Source: a virus
Lineage: Duplodnaviria > Caudoviricetes
IMG/VR virus record: IMGVR_UViG_3300011947_000001
Coordinates: 18,103 to 82,102 of that record
Reading direction: 5' to 3' (one strand)
DNA length: 64,000 nucleotides
The position numbers and the translations under genes were made by a program. Below are positions 47,041-56,217 of the stretch, piece after piece (position 1 is the first letter of the stretch; every line of letters starts with the position of its first letter). The notes below the pieces were generated by a model. It worked only from the letters and a program-made list of their open reading frames with translations, was not told the DNA's origin and made no database searches.

Positions 47041-47779
47041 TTTTAAGTTTTTCCATAACGTCTTTTCTGAACTGATCCAATAATTTAAAGTTTATAACCA
47101 GACATTTACCTCCTATCCAAACCTCATTAGTGTGGTTCGTATCATCAGTTTTTGTAGTCACTACATCAAACTTTTTCAAGGTAAATACACCTTCAAGAAA
47201 TTTTCCGATTTCCTCTTTAGATTTATCATTCAATTCATTATAAAAATGGTCATCTTTTTGATAATTGTGTTTATATAATAAATCAACCAATTCTTCGAAT
47301 GAATCAACATGATCAACATCAATGTACATATTAAGTATCGTAGATACAATATCAACACTGTATTTCTTATATGAATTCATTTCCAGAATATCTTCATCAT
47401 CACACCTCATGATGGTAACTCCATCAAATGGAAAAATCGCATAATGATTAGGGCCATACTTCTTCATAATATCAGTCCCTTTAGAACCGATAGCAATGAT
47501 AGACTTACTACGCAATGGATAATTTAACTTTTGGGTTGTAATCTGATGATCGATCACGATATTATGATAGTTATAATTTGAAATAGATTTCCGGTTTCCT
47601 TTTTGACCTTCTAATATAGAAGCATCAAATTTTGCGCGGGCTGCACGACAATAATGATTATTAACGTCCATATCTTTACAATTTTTGATAAATATATCAA
47701 CCGCATCATCATAAGATATGGATGTTCTATAGCTGGATTCTTCAGTGTTTTCGAGTATTAGAAAATCTTGATATTTCAT
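47030..47779 (-). CDS. CTS-tagged ART-like protein, paralog 6
   Basis: MKYQDFLILE; YCRAA (variant), PLRSKSIIAIG, KYG, EVWIGGKC; CTTAAATA upstream. Confidence 0.7.
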   Translation of the reverse strand: MKYQDFLILENTEESSYRTSISYDDAVDIFIKNCKDMDVNNHYCRAARAKFDASILEGQKGNRKSISNYNYHNIVIDHQITTQKLNYPLRSKSIIAIGSKGTDIMKKYGPNHYAIFPFDGVTIMRCDDEDILEMNSYKKYSVDIVSTILNMYIDVDHVDSFEELVDLLYKHNYQKDDHFYNELNDKSKEEIGKFLEGVFTLKKFDVVTTKTDDTNHTNEVWIGGKCLVINFKLLDQFRKDVMEKLKNEI

Positions 47780-47903
47780 TGGCTTTTATTGGTTACTTTT
47801 TTCTATTTAAGAGAAAACCTTACTCTTTAGCCACATCTACAACAACACGATACCGTCTATAAAAACGCCAGATAATCAATAATGAGAATCTGGCGATACT
47901 AAA

Positions 47904-48230
47904 TTACTTCAATTTAATCTTTGCTTCGAAAACAAAACGATAGTTATCATCACATAAGACCTTTGCGCGTTCATATGTCGTCGCCATTCGTAGAACAGCA
48001 CCAGTATATGACACGATAGCGAAGACACAATCTTTTGAGTCTTCCGTGGCAACATCGCCAACTTTAAATCTAAATTTTCTGTACGTAAAACTTTCGTCAT
48101 ATGTACATAAGAATTGCGCCAAGGACTTCGAAAAGGTAAATCGCATGATCTTCCCTTCTTTATTCAAAATCCCGTAAATGCTTCGCTTGGAAGTCTTATC
48201 GATACAATTGCGACAAACCTAATGTTTCAT
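47904..48230 (-). CDS. Hypothetical protein with in-frame TAG at codon 4 (amber read-through candidate)
   Basis: ATG AAA CAT TAG GTT TGT CGC AAT TGT... in frame with ORF 47904..48167; AGGT SD upstream of ATG 48230; TAG at 48219-48221. Confidence 0.6.
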
Positions 48231-48258
48231 TTTATTTTACCTATTATAGTTTAGAATT

Positions 48259-48334
48259 TGGTGGCGACATATCAGATTCGAACTGATCCAACACGATTTT
48301 AGAGATCGCTGCACTACCACTATGCTAATGTCCC
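48259..48334 (-). tRNA. tRNA with CUA anticodon (amber suppressor type)
   Basis: GGGACATTAGCATAGTGGTAGTGCAGCGATCTCTAAAATCGTGTTGGATCAGTTCGAATCTGATATGTCGCCACCA; anticodon loop CT-CTA-AA, TTCGAAT loop, encoded CCA; one bulged G in the acceptor stem. Confidence 0.85.
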
Positions 48335-48509
48335 AAAATGTGAAAGGTTCACCCCTATACCCCAACAAATGCAAGATATCTGAACTCAACGCTATCACAT
48401 AGTGATCGGTGATACCCCTTGAAATATACTACTGATATTAGTCATTTCAACAAATATCACTCTGAACACTATTGATAGTAAACATATTTATCTTATATGT
48501 CAAATAAAA

Positions 48510-49655
48510 TTAATTATTTTTACCATCTATTTTATAAAATGCGTATGTGACATCAATATCACCCACATATTTAATCTTAATACCAGAATAATTGAAATAT
48601 GAACTTAACATTGTATTTCCCATCCTACGTAGAAAATAAGCCACGCTTGCATTAGTAGAATCCATCTTATCGGTAAACGAATCATCAGCAATATATTCTA
48701 GGTATTCTTCAACATCATTTGGCTTAACATATTTCTTCAAAGTTGTGCCAAAGAATTCATCACGATCGACCTTATCATAAATATCCATATTCAAATTTAT
48801 TGTATTTGAAAATTTCTTATTCACAATAACAGCTTCCCCACCATCCATATAATCATCTAATGTGTAATAATCATTATCATTCATCTTATACATTAGTTCA
48901 TAATCACCGCTGATGATTTCATCATAATATTTGACCAATGTATCATGTAAGGATTCTTTAACTACTAGGCACTTCCCAGCAATCCACATTTCGTTGAATG
49001 TATTGGCGCTGAATTTATCTTGTGTAAGGAATTTAAATCCTAGATGATCCAGATCGAACGCTTTTTTGATCCCAGCAAGTATATCGCCATCCTGTTTACC
49101 AAAAACAGATTCGAATCTATTCGCGTACTTAGAAGCGTCAAGCGATTTTAAACTACTGGCTATTTTGGAAATGGATTCATCGCCAATCTTAAATTTATTG
49201 AAATAATCATTCAAATCCTTGAATGTATAATCCCCAATTAGATCGACATACCAGATATCTTTTTCTGGAACTAAACCAATAACCACATCATCAAACGGAA
49301 TGATATTGTATACATCACCATATCGTTTAGCATAATCTTTACTATTCGAACAGATGATCGATTTACTACGTAACGGATATTTTGAGTCAGTTGATTTGAT
49401 CACTTCATCCATGATCACAGTATAATGATTGGTTGTATTTTCTGATTTACGGCCACCTTTCTGACCTTCTACAATACCAAAAACACTTTTATTTTTACCG
49501 CGCATACCACGATATATTGGCTTATTTACATTATATTTTTTGCAGTTCGACTTCAATATATTGATTGCAGTCTTGATATCGATCTTTTGATAATAATTTG
49601 ATTCGCCTGTTTCATCAGTCGCTTCGACCAACATCTTAAAATTTTTGTATTTCAT
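48510..49655 (-). CDS. CTS-tagged ART-like protein, paralog 7 (C-terminal extension)
   Basis: MKYKNFKMLVEA; IYRGM, PLRSKSIICSN, RYG, DIW, EMWIAGKC; CTTAAATA upstream. Confidence 0.72.
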   Translation of the reverse strand: MKYKNFKMLVEATDETGESNYYQKIDIKTAINILKSNCKKYNVNKPIYRGMRGKNKSVFGIVEGQKGGRKSENTTNHYTVIMDEVIKSTDSKYPLRSKSIICSNSKDYAKRYGDVYNIIPFDDVVIGLVPEKDIWYVDLIGDYTFKDLNDYFNKFKIGDESISKIASSLKSLDASKYANRFESVFGKQDGDILAGIKKAFDLDHLGFKFLTQDKFSANTFNEMWIAGKCLVVKESLHDTLVKYYDEIISGDYELMYKMNDNDYYTLDDYMDGGEAVIVNKKFSNTINLNMDIYDKVDRDEFFGTTLKKYVKPNDVEEYLEYIADDSFTDKMDSTNASVAYFLRRMGNTMLSSYFNYSGIKIKYVGDIDVTYAFYKIDGKNN

Positions 49656-49816
49656 TGCTTTATTATACCAATAGTTTACAATTATTTAAGTTTCAACAGG
49701 CGACATATCATTTGTATTTTTTAAATTTTTTACAATATAAACACTCCATACCTTTTGACTGATATGTATTACCAACTCCAAATTCGTGCACGAATTTATG
49801 CTTACAGAATAGTTGT

Positions 49817-50002
49817 CTAATCCACTTCATCATGATTTTGATTTAACCTCATCATGTATCCCTGATACAAACCTTCATAATATCGATCAACAAAAGATGT
49901 AGTATCTCGATGAAATACACCTTCTTCACCAATTATGATACCTTCACCTAAATCAATATCGGCCGAAACACCAATCATTTTCAAGAATTCAACTCTAGTC
50001 AT
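49817..50002 (-). CDS. Hypothetical protein (TAG-terminated)
   Basis: 61 aa ORF. Confidence 0.55.
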   Translation of the reverse strand: MTRVEFLKMIGVSADIDLGEGIIIGEEGVFHRDTTSFVDRYYEGLYQGYMMRLNQNHDEVD

Positions 50003-50005
50003 ATT

Positions 50006-50584
50006 TTAACTTCCATTAAAAATATCGCGGGTTTGGTCGCGTTCATCGGATACAGTAATGTAACCCTTCATAATCATCACACCTTGGATAAATCCCAACC
50101 AGCGATGTTTCTTAGTCAATGACTGATCATCGTTAAACTTGATTTGATATAACATCCACAATAAATGGCGATCACTTGTCTGATCTGCTTCATCAGGCGC
50201 ATAACGAAAGTTTTCATCATCTTCAATTTTATCAAATAAGATCATCTGATAACGCAATATAACGGATAGTAATTTACTCATCTCTATGATTTGGATATCA
50301 TCAATAAAACATTCTAATGGTTGTGATTTTTCTAAATCTTTAGCGTATTGAATATTTTCTTCAGACATACCAAACATTCGCAAATGTTCATCCTTATATT
50401 TTGAAAGGATAGAATCGATCATAGATGGATCACGATATGCACTGGTGATGTCATCCTGTATATTTTTGATTTCATCAATCAGTTTATCTCTATCTTCACC
50501 AGTAGCATCAACCAGCTTAGATGATCTTTTTGTTATGTGGAATCCCAGCGTTTCTTTCAAGTCTTCTAGTTTATCAATGTTCAT
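50006..50584 (-). CDS. Hypothetical protein
   Basis: C-terminal HLLWML...KKHRWLGFIQG...ERDQTR motif common in phage proteins. Confidence 0.72.
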   Translation of the reverse strand: MNIDKLEDLKETLGFHITKRSSKLVDATGEDRDKLIDEIKNIQDDITSAYRDPSMIDSILSKYKDEHLRMFGMSEENIQYAKDLEKSQPLECFIDDIQIIEMSKLLSVILRYQMILFDKIEDDENFRYAPDEADQTSDRHLLWMLYQIKFNDDQSLTKKHRWLGFIQGVMIMKGYITVSDERDQTRDIFNGS

Positions 50585-50642
50585 ATGTTCACCATTTTAT
50601 CCAATAAACCGATCATATAATTACATGATCGGTTTTCTATAA

Positions 50643-50993
50643 TTAACTCTTTAGAACACCACGAACTTTAAATGACACGTACAATTCGTCAATATCAGTA
50701 TCCTTGATACTCACACCTCTAGATAATCCAATTGAATAAACATGCGAAAATCCTTTTAAGAAATCAGCTAAAACTACATTTTTACCATTAGGGCCATATT
50801 GAGAAATGTATTGTTTATCATCCCCATACAAAACTGGTTGTACATCATCGGTATGTAAGGCATGATTTTGTTTTTTACCATTTACAATATATAAGTCATG
50901 CACGATTTCAATGTTATTTTCAATGAAAAACTGAGCGTCTGGAAAATTAGGTACTTCATCACTACGTTCAATTAACATTTGATATGAATTCAT
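50643..50993 (-). CDS. Hypothetical protein
   Basis: 116 aa ORF with AAGGA SD. Confidence 0.68.
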   Translation of the reverse strand: MNSYQMLIERSDEVPNFPDAQFFIENNIEIVHDLYIVNGKKQNHALHTDDVQPVLYGDDKQYISQYGPNGKNVVLADFLKGFSHVYSIGLSRGVSIKDTDIDELYVSFKVRGVLKS

Positions 50994-51092
50994 TTTTCAT
51001 TCCTTTAAGTAAAACAACATTATATATTAATAATCAAATTTGTTATAGTTTTATATAACAAAAACCGATCATCAGATCGGTTTCTTTAAATA

Positions 51093-51170
51093 TGGTGGGC
51101 CTTGTGGGATTCGAACCCACGATCTCAACGGTTATGAGCCGTGTGTTTTTGACCGCTAAACTAAAGGCCC
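51093..51170 (-). tRNA. tRNA-Ile2/Met (CAU)
   Basis: GGGCCTTTAG...CGG-CTCATAA-CCG...GTTCGAATC...GGCCCACCA; overall pattern resembles Ile2. Confidence 0.88.
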
Positions 51171-51186
51171 ATAAATCAACAACTTA

Positions 51187-51261
51187 TGGCACATCCCCAA
51201 GGATTTGAACCCTGACAACCGACTTTGGAGGACGGTGTGCTGCCAATTACACCAAGGATGC
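51187..51261 (-). tRNA. tRNA-Trp (CCA)
   Basis: GCATCCT/GGGATGT acceptor, anticodon loop CT-CCA-AA, TTCAAAT, encoded CCA. Confidence 0.88.
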
Positions 51262-51266
51262 ATTTG

Positions 51267-51343
51267 TGGTGCGCCTAACTGGATTCGAACCAGTGACCAT
51301 CCGCTTAGAAGGCGGATACTCTATCCAACTGAGCTACAGACGC
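51267..51343 (-). tRNA. tRNA-Arg (UCU)
   Basis: GCGTCTGTAGCTCAGTTGGATAGAG...TCCGC-CTTCTAA-GCGGA...GTTCGAATCC...GCGCACCA. Confidence 0.93.
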
Positions 51344-51375
51344 ATTTCAAAATAACTCATTGCTTTACACTGTTC

Positions 51376-51403
51376 ATTATATACATATATGCACCAATGT
51401 CAA
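51376..51403 (-). promoter_or_regulatory. Consensus sigma70 promoter for the tRNA cluster
   Basis: TTGACA-16 nt-TATAAT. Confidence 0.8.
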
Positions 51404-51441
51404 TATATATGATGATCAACAAATAATCAATCAAACATCTT

Positions 51442-51516
51442 ATTAGTAGTTCCTTAAATAAAGAAAGGACGCGCCAACGTCCTTTCACATAAAACATTAA
51501 TACTGGAACTACTAAT
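51442..51516 (+). promoter_or_regulatory. RBS/start-sequestering hairpin with late promoter in its loop
   Basis: 12-bp perfect inverted repeat ATTAGTAGTTCC (51442-51453) / GGAACTACTAAT (51505-51516) covering SD and ATG; TTAAATA at 51454-51460. Confidence 0.75.
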
Positions 51517-52159
51517 GTCTACAGATACTATTTATAGCAACCACACATGTTTGTTTTGTCATAAAAAATGTAAAAACGATAACTCACAGCGAAATCATGA
51601 GCGATTGTGTAAATCAAACCCAAATAGACAGAATACACATTTTCAAGGTGAATATAATAAAATACGCAAGCCGACAAACCAATATATTAAGGCACAACAG
51701 TTAGGATTGGAAAAACCCCAAGTGTCAGATGATACACGCAAAAAACTATCAATAGCTGTCAAAAGTAGAACAAATGAATTTTGCAAAGATGTTGGTAAAA
51801 AATCATCAAAAACCATTTTAGAAAAGGCAAGAAATGGTGAATGGCATGTTTCACTTGCTAAAAATATGCACTACAACTATCAAGGCAATGATCTTCATGG
51901 TACTTGGGAATTACGTCTTGCTATGTATATGGATGATAATGAAATTATATGGTGGAGATGCGATGATACCTTTGATTATGAATTCGAATTCCGAAATCTA
52001 ACATATCAACCAGATTTTTATCTACCTAAATTTGATCTTTATATTGAAGTTAAAGGATATGCCACAGAAAAAGATTTTGCCAAGTGGAAACAATTTCCAA
52101 AAGATAAAAAGCTGATTGTATTAAGAGAATGCGATTTAAAATATTTGGATATAATATGA
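51515..52159 (+). CDS. PD-(D/E)xK-type putative homing endonuclease with zinc ribbon and NUMOD3-like motif
   Basis: CLFC...HERLC, VSDDTRKKLS, WE...A, YQPDFYL...IEVKGY. Confidence 0.8.
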   Translation: MSTDTIYSNHTCLFCHKKCKNDNSQRNHERLCKSNPNRQNTHFQGEYNKIRKPTNQYIKAQQLGLEKPQVSDDTRKKLSIAVKSRTNEFCKDVGKKSSKTILEKARNGEWHVSLAKNMHYNYQGNDLHGTWELRLAMYMDDNEIIWWRCDDTFDYEFEFRNLTYQPDFYLPKFDLYIEVKGYATEKDFAKWKQFPKDKKLIVLRECDLKYLDII

Positions 52160-52287
52160 AAATCCACAATGTTGTGGATTTTATTTTAAACTTTAATCAA
52201 ATAAACCATCTTTTAGTGCTTGTTCATACACATTATAACCCGTCGTTTTCAGTATCCATTCTAGTAATGATACGACCGATTTGAATT

Positions 52288-52620
52288 CTAATCGCAATCC
52301 CCAATCAAAACAAGTTTGATTTGTTCCAAAAAATGCATTTTTGAATTGTAATCGTAAATTTCCCAATCTTCCAAAGAAGACTTAGAATCAATTAGGTCTG
52401 CAATATCAGTACGTAGTACATCAACATCATAATCATACTTTTGCAATGCGATGATGAAATCATCATGTTTTACTGTATGAACTAAGATTTTATCAACGTG
52501 ATCATCATGGCGCGAACCTTTATATACAGTAGTGATACCAGATTTACCATCCGTATCAACAGTAAAGTAAGAACCTGAATCAGTCGAAAACATTGAAATT
52601 TCTGAAGTCATGATAATCAT
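52288..52620 (-). CDS. Hypothetical protein (TAG-terminated)
   Basis: 110 aa ORF behind an early-type promoter. Confidence 0.6.
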   Translation of the reverse strand: MIIMTSEISMFSTDSGSYFTVDTDGKSGITTVYKGSRHDDHVDKILVHTVKHDDFIIALQKYDYDVDVLRTDIADLIDSKSSLEDWEIYDYNSKMHFLEQIKLVLIGDCD

Positions 52621-52669
52621 CCTATATTTGATAATAGAATGATATCATATTTGTATATACAAATGCAAA

Positions 52670-53623
52670 TTAGACTTCTTTTACACTCACAATATCAATT
52701 TTCTTTGGATCGAATATGACATAATTATTAGGCCATGTATATCCACTTTCATCACCGTCTTCGGGAGAAGTAACGATCAATGCATCATGACCTGATTCAA
52801 TTGCAGCTTTGATTGCATTTTCAGTTCCACGGTCATGATCATACCGTTCAAAGAAAGCTGGATTTTTAATATCCAATTTCACTTTATATACATAATCCCC
52901 ATAATCTTCAGCATCATTCGGCTCATCGGTAAACCATATTCCATTACTAACCACTTTCTTTTTATCATCAAATGAATCAAATTTGTGGTCGCTACCATGA
53001 TAATAGAATGGTGATTTCCAATCAGAATGAGATTCGTTAATATTATTTGACGAATTTGAGAATGATCCCTTGTTGTTGATGGATTTAATTTGATTAGGAT
53101 TCCAAATAGCCCAATTCTTTTCTGCAAACCCACTATGTGATGAATAATCTGCAACGGCGAAACCATCAGCACCTTTAGATTCAGCCTTATCTTTTACTTC
53201 AATTTCATCAGTTGATTTAAAGGTTCTACCTTTAGAATATGGCTTTCTGATATTCAGAAATACTTCATATACACCACCACCTTTAGCTCTACCAAAAATT
53301 TCAGCACCTTTCTTATCTTCAGAAAAGAACATCAAATTATTAATATCTGCATTTGGTTTGAATGTATTAAATCCGTACTTATCAGTACCATGATAGCAGA
53401 TTAATGGTTCCCCGTTTTTATCAATAATTTTGGAAGCATTCTTTTTATCATTTTCCCAATCACCAAACCAATTTTTAAATGCTTTAGTTCTAACCATTAA
53501 CCATTGTTTTTCTGGAAGGTTACTTGGTTTACCGTTTGGTGCTTTTAGGTAGTCTGGTGTACCTTTTAGTTCTTTTAACAAATCTGTGATTTCAGATTCC
53601 ATTAAGAATTCTTCGAATTTCAT
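52670..53623 (-). CDS. CTS-tagged protein with two ART-PolyVal-like domains
   Basis: MKFEEFLMES; LKAPNGKPSNL...VRTKAFKNWFGDW; YHGT..F..F...FFS...A..FG...V.L.I.KP and a second YHGS...GIWFT...A.DYG...V.LDI.NP domain. Confidence 0.8.
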   Translation of the reverse strand: MKFEEFLMESEITDLLKELKGTPDYLKAPNGKPSNLPEKQWLMVRTKAFKNWFGDWENDKKNASKIIDKNGEPLICYHGTDKYGFNTFKPNADINNLMFFSEDKKGAEIFGRAKGGGVYEVFLNIRKPYSKGRTFKSTDEIEVKDKAESKGADGFAVADYSSHSGFAEKNWAIWNPNQIKSINNKGSFSNSSNNINESHSDWKSPFYYHGSDHKFDSFDDKKKVVSNGIWFTDEPNDAEDYGDYVYKVKLDIKNPAFFERYDHDRGTENAIKAAIESGHDALIVTSPEDGDESGYTWPNNYVIFDPKKIDIVSVKEV

Positions 53624-54552
53624 TTTAATACCGTCTTGTTTACAATTTCTACTTGATCATTATCAAATACAGTCAACTCCCTGATGGAACCATTTTCCAA
53701 AAGTATGATTGCATCATAACCCCTTTTTTTAACTGATTCAGCATCAATCTTATTAACTGGTAGTTCATTCAACACCAGTGGGTTATCTATCATCAACTTA
53801 ACTTCATATATATAGATATCGCCATTTACACCAGTCTTTTTCATATGCATCTTTGGATAAACTTCGGCACGTTTCTTATTTGGAGTGAAATAAATTCCAT
53901 TACCCAACATTCCACTACCGACTTTAAATTTATCAAATTCTGTAACCGATCCGTGATATGCAATCATATGGTTATATTCAGTATTTTCATGAATATGATT
54001 AGATGTCACTTTAAATGTACCAAGGTTATCAATTGATTTTACCTGATTAGATTTAAAAACCGCCAATGTACCTTTCGCTTCATCACGAATATTGATTGAA
54101 TCAAACCCATCAGCGATTACTTTTTGTTGATACTTCTTACTTTCCGCATCTCCAAAATAGATAGGACGCTTACCTTTGATATTTCGGCAATTCAGGAATA
54201 CCTTATAAAGCTTCGAATCACCTTTCACTGTACCTCTACGTGCACCTTCTTCAGTCTTAGCAAAGAATAACAAACCCCGCCATGATGCTTTAAATTCAGT
54301 AAATTCAGCATCACTCACATGATAACAGATCAATGGTTCACCGTTTTCATCCAAAACCTTTGATGCATTATTTTTGTCATTTTCCCAATCACCAAACCAA
54401 TTCTTAAACGATTTAGTTCTAACCATCAACCACTGTTTTTCTGGAAGGTTAGACTTCTTCCCATTTGGCGCTTTTAGGTAATCCCCCGTATCTTTTAATT
54501 GCTTTAATAAATCGGTAATTTCCGATTCTACTAAGAATTCTTCAAATTTCAT
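53620..54552 (-). CDS. CTS-tagged protein with two ART-PolyVal-like domains (tandem paralog)
   Basis: MKFEEFLVES; near-identical N-terminal ~80 aa; YHVS...FFA and YHGS...GIYFT...NP...GYDAII...E domains. Confidence 0.8.
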   Translation of the reverse strand: MKFEEFLVESEITDLLKQLKDTGDYLKAPNGKKSNLPEKQWLMVRTKSFKNWFGDWENDKNNASKVLDENGEPLICYHVSDAEFTEFKASWRGLLFFAKTEEGARRGTVKGDSKLYKVFLNCRNIKGKRPIYFGDAESKKYQQKVIADGFDSINIRDEAKGTLAVFKSNQVKSIDNLGTFKVTSNHIHENTEYNHMIAYHGSVTEFDKFKVGSGMLGNGIYFTPNKKRAEVYPKMHMKKTGVNGDIYIYEVKLMIDNPLVLNELPVNKIDAESVKKRGYDAIILLENGSIRELTVFDNDQVEIVNKTVLK

Positions 54553-54693
54553 CATTTTACTCCAATATAGAAAAATGAATGTTTATGTTCATTCGAATAC
54601 AGATTTATCGAATTCCTTTTTCCAATTAGATTTATCAAATTCTTTGAACTCACCTTTTTCTTTCTTCTTATAATGATCATTCCAAACTTTTGA

Positions 54694-55071
54694 TCACACC
54701 AGCTTTTCTTCTATATTTAAGGCGATTTCATCCAATTCCATCTCACTTAAAGCATTATGCCAGTTTATAAATGGTATATTCTCAATTTCTTCATGTGACA
54801 TATTTTGAGTATCTATTAGAAATTCCCTTAATTTAATCAAAGCTGCTTTATATGGTGTCATATTAATCCCAATCGCATTTAAACCCATATGATCTTTAAA
54901 CATTATATATTTTGATGATAACCACCATGAATGACAGCCGTAATAGATGTTACCCGATTGATCCTGTAATTTAATAGATAAGCTATTACCACCCATGCCA
55001 AAAATATAAGCCAATTCATTTATAATATCTTTATGTTGTTCTTCAACAATATGCACTATAGATAAATTCAT
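54694..55071 (-). CDS. Tail-fibre-associated hypothetical protein
   Basis: MNLSIV...LSIKL...YYGCHSWW motif; ATGA coupling to the upstream fibre-like gene. Confidence 0.65.
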   Translation of the reverse strand: MNLSIVHIVEEQHKDIINELAYIFGMGGNSLSIKLQDQSGNIYYGCHSWWLSSKYIMFKDHMGLNAIGINMTPYKAALIKLREFLIDTQNMSHEEIENIPFINWHNALSEMELDEIALNIEEKLV

Positions 55072-56213
55072 CACCAAGCCCTCACATCAGTGTTCATTTT
55101 TTCACTTACAGCCAGTATTTCAGCATCCGTTAATTTTTTACCAATAAGAAGCATTTTGTATGTTACCCCAGCCCCCGATACTCCAATGAAATTTGGGTTT
55201 GGTATCCATGCTGTTCCAACATATGTAGCATTTTGAGCTATTGATTTTTGTTTATTGTGTATATTATTCAATAATTCCGAATTAGCATGATATCCACCAA
55301 ATATATTACGCAATGATGTGATACCTCCTTTTCGAGCTAAACTTGAATTTCTGTAACATAAAAGTGTAATCGCGCTAAAGAATGAATCATATGATGTTGA
55401 TACGACTACGCCACGATTGGTTGTTGGTAATGAAGGTGTATCCGATAAATAAAAGTTGAATGTAGAATTTTCTATAGTTAAAAATTTTTGGGAGAATAAA
55501 AATTGTACTGTCGTTGATACTAAAGCTGGTATAGATGCGTACATAAAATCATCAACGCCATCCCATACCAATCCATAAGCACCAGTTAACGCATCTTGAG
55601 TTAATTTAGGTTGTCTACTTACAGTAGGTTGAATCAAATTATTTTTATTTCCAGACTTATCTTTAATTAATCCAATAGTTTGACCAACTGCTGTTACTGG
55701 TATTGTCCCTGATGAGTCCTGAAATAAAGTTGTTAGATCATTTATATCGTAGTAAGCGCCTTCTGTACCAGTTGTAAATAGCTTTGTTATACTATCAACT
55801 GGTATAACTGGAAGTGTTAATTGTTTGGTTGAAGTAGTAGCGTTACCTGCTGCATCAGAAACAACTAATGTATATAAACCTTCCATAGCGGGTGCTGCAA
55901 TACTTGCTAAAAACGAACCATCAGTATTCAATATTACTGGAACTGAAGAATTATCTGGCTTTCTTAAAATTACTATCGCGCCCTTTTCACTTTTTCCAGT
56001 AAAGGTTGCACTTCTATCTGAATTTATTACTAAATCAAAATATTCTACTATTGGTGCTTTTGTATCGACTTCACCATATATAATAGAATTAATTTTAGAA
56101 GGATATTCTGAAAAAGGTGTAGAGTCACTGATGATTACACCTTTATTGGCAATCGCTGTTTTAATTTGGTTTTTAATTGTGATAATCGATCTTAATTTAT
56201 CTTCAATATTCAT
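55071..56213 (-). CDS. Virion structural / tail-fibre-like protein with Ig-like domain
   Basis: DTKAP...FTGKSEKGA...DGSF...Y...DAAGN.T Ig-like motif; DLTTLFQD..GTIPVTAVGQ..GL..DKSGN lectin-like head motif. Confidence 0.72.
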   Translation of the reverse strand: MNIEDKLRSIITIKNQIKTAIANKGVIISDSTPFSEYPSKINSIIYGEVDTKAPIVEYFDLVINSDRSATFTGKSEKGAIVILRKPDNSSVPVILNTDGSFLASIAAPAMEGLYTLVVSDAAGNATTSTKQLTLPVIPVDSITKLFTTGTEGAYYDINDLTTLFQDSSGTIPVTAVGQTIGLIKDKSGNKNNLIQPTVSRQPKLTQDALTGAYGLVWDGVDDFMYASIPALVSTTVQFLFSQKFLTIENSTFNFYLSDTPSLPTTNRGVVVSTSYDSFFSAITLLCYRNSSLARKGGITSLRNIFGGYHANSELLNNIHNKQKSIAQNATYVGTAWIPNPNFIGVSGAGVTYKMLLIGKKLTDAEILAVSEKMNTDVRAW

Positions 56214-56217
56214 TATA

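Noticed and set aside
48335-48475. Second tRNA-like or tmRNA-like element upstream of the CUA tRNA
   Set aside because: Only short hairpins and GGGG runs; no T-loop or acceptor stem. Probably a precursor leader.
6518-51085. Several terminator stems built on GATCA...TGATC (6518, 19281, 28122, 41141, 50606, 51061) as a mobile repeat
   Set aside because: Short, variable and positioned as ordinary terminators; no evidence for a distinct element.
52196-52310. Possible +1 frameshift at GGGGATT extending gene 52288..52620 (same heptamer as the pseudogene lesion at 28646)
   Set aside because: Only two instances and no homology evidence; chance or homopolymer sequencing error is equally likely.
54580-54693. 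Protein-like open frame continuing after the TGA of 54694..55071
   Set aside because: About 35 codons with no start or homology evidence; no TGA suppressor in the window.
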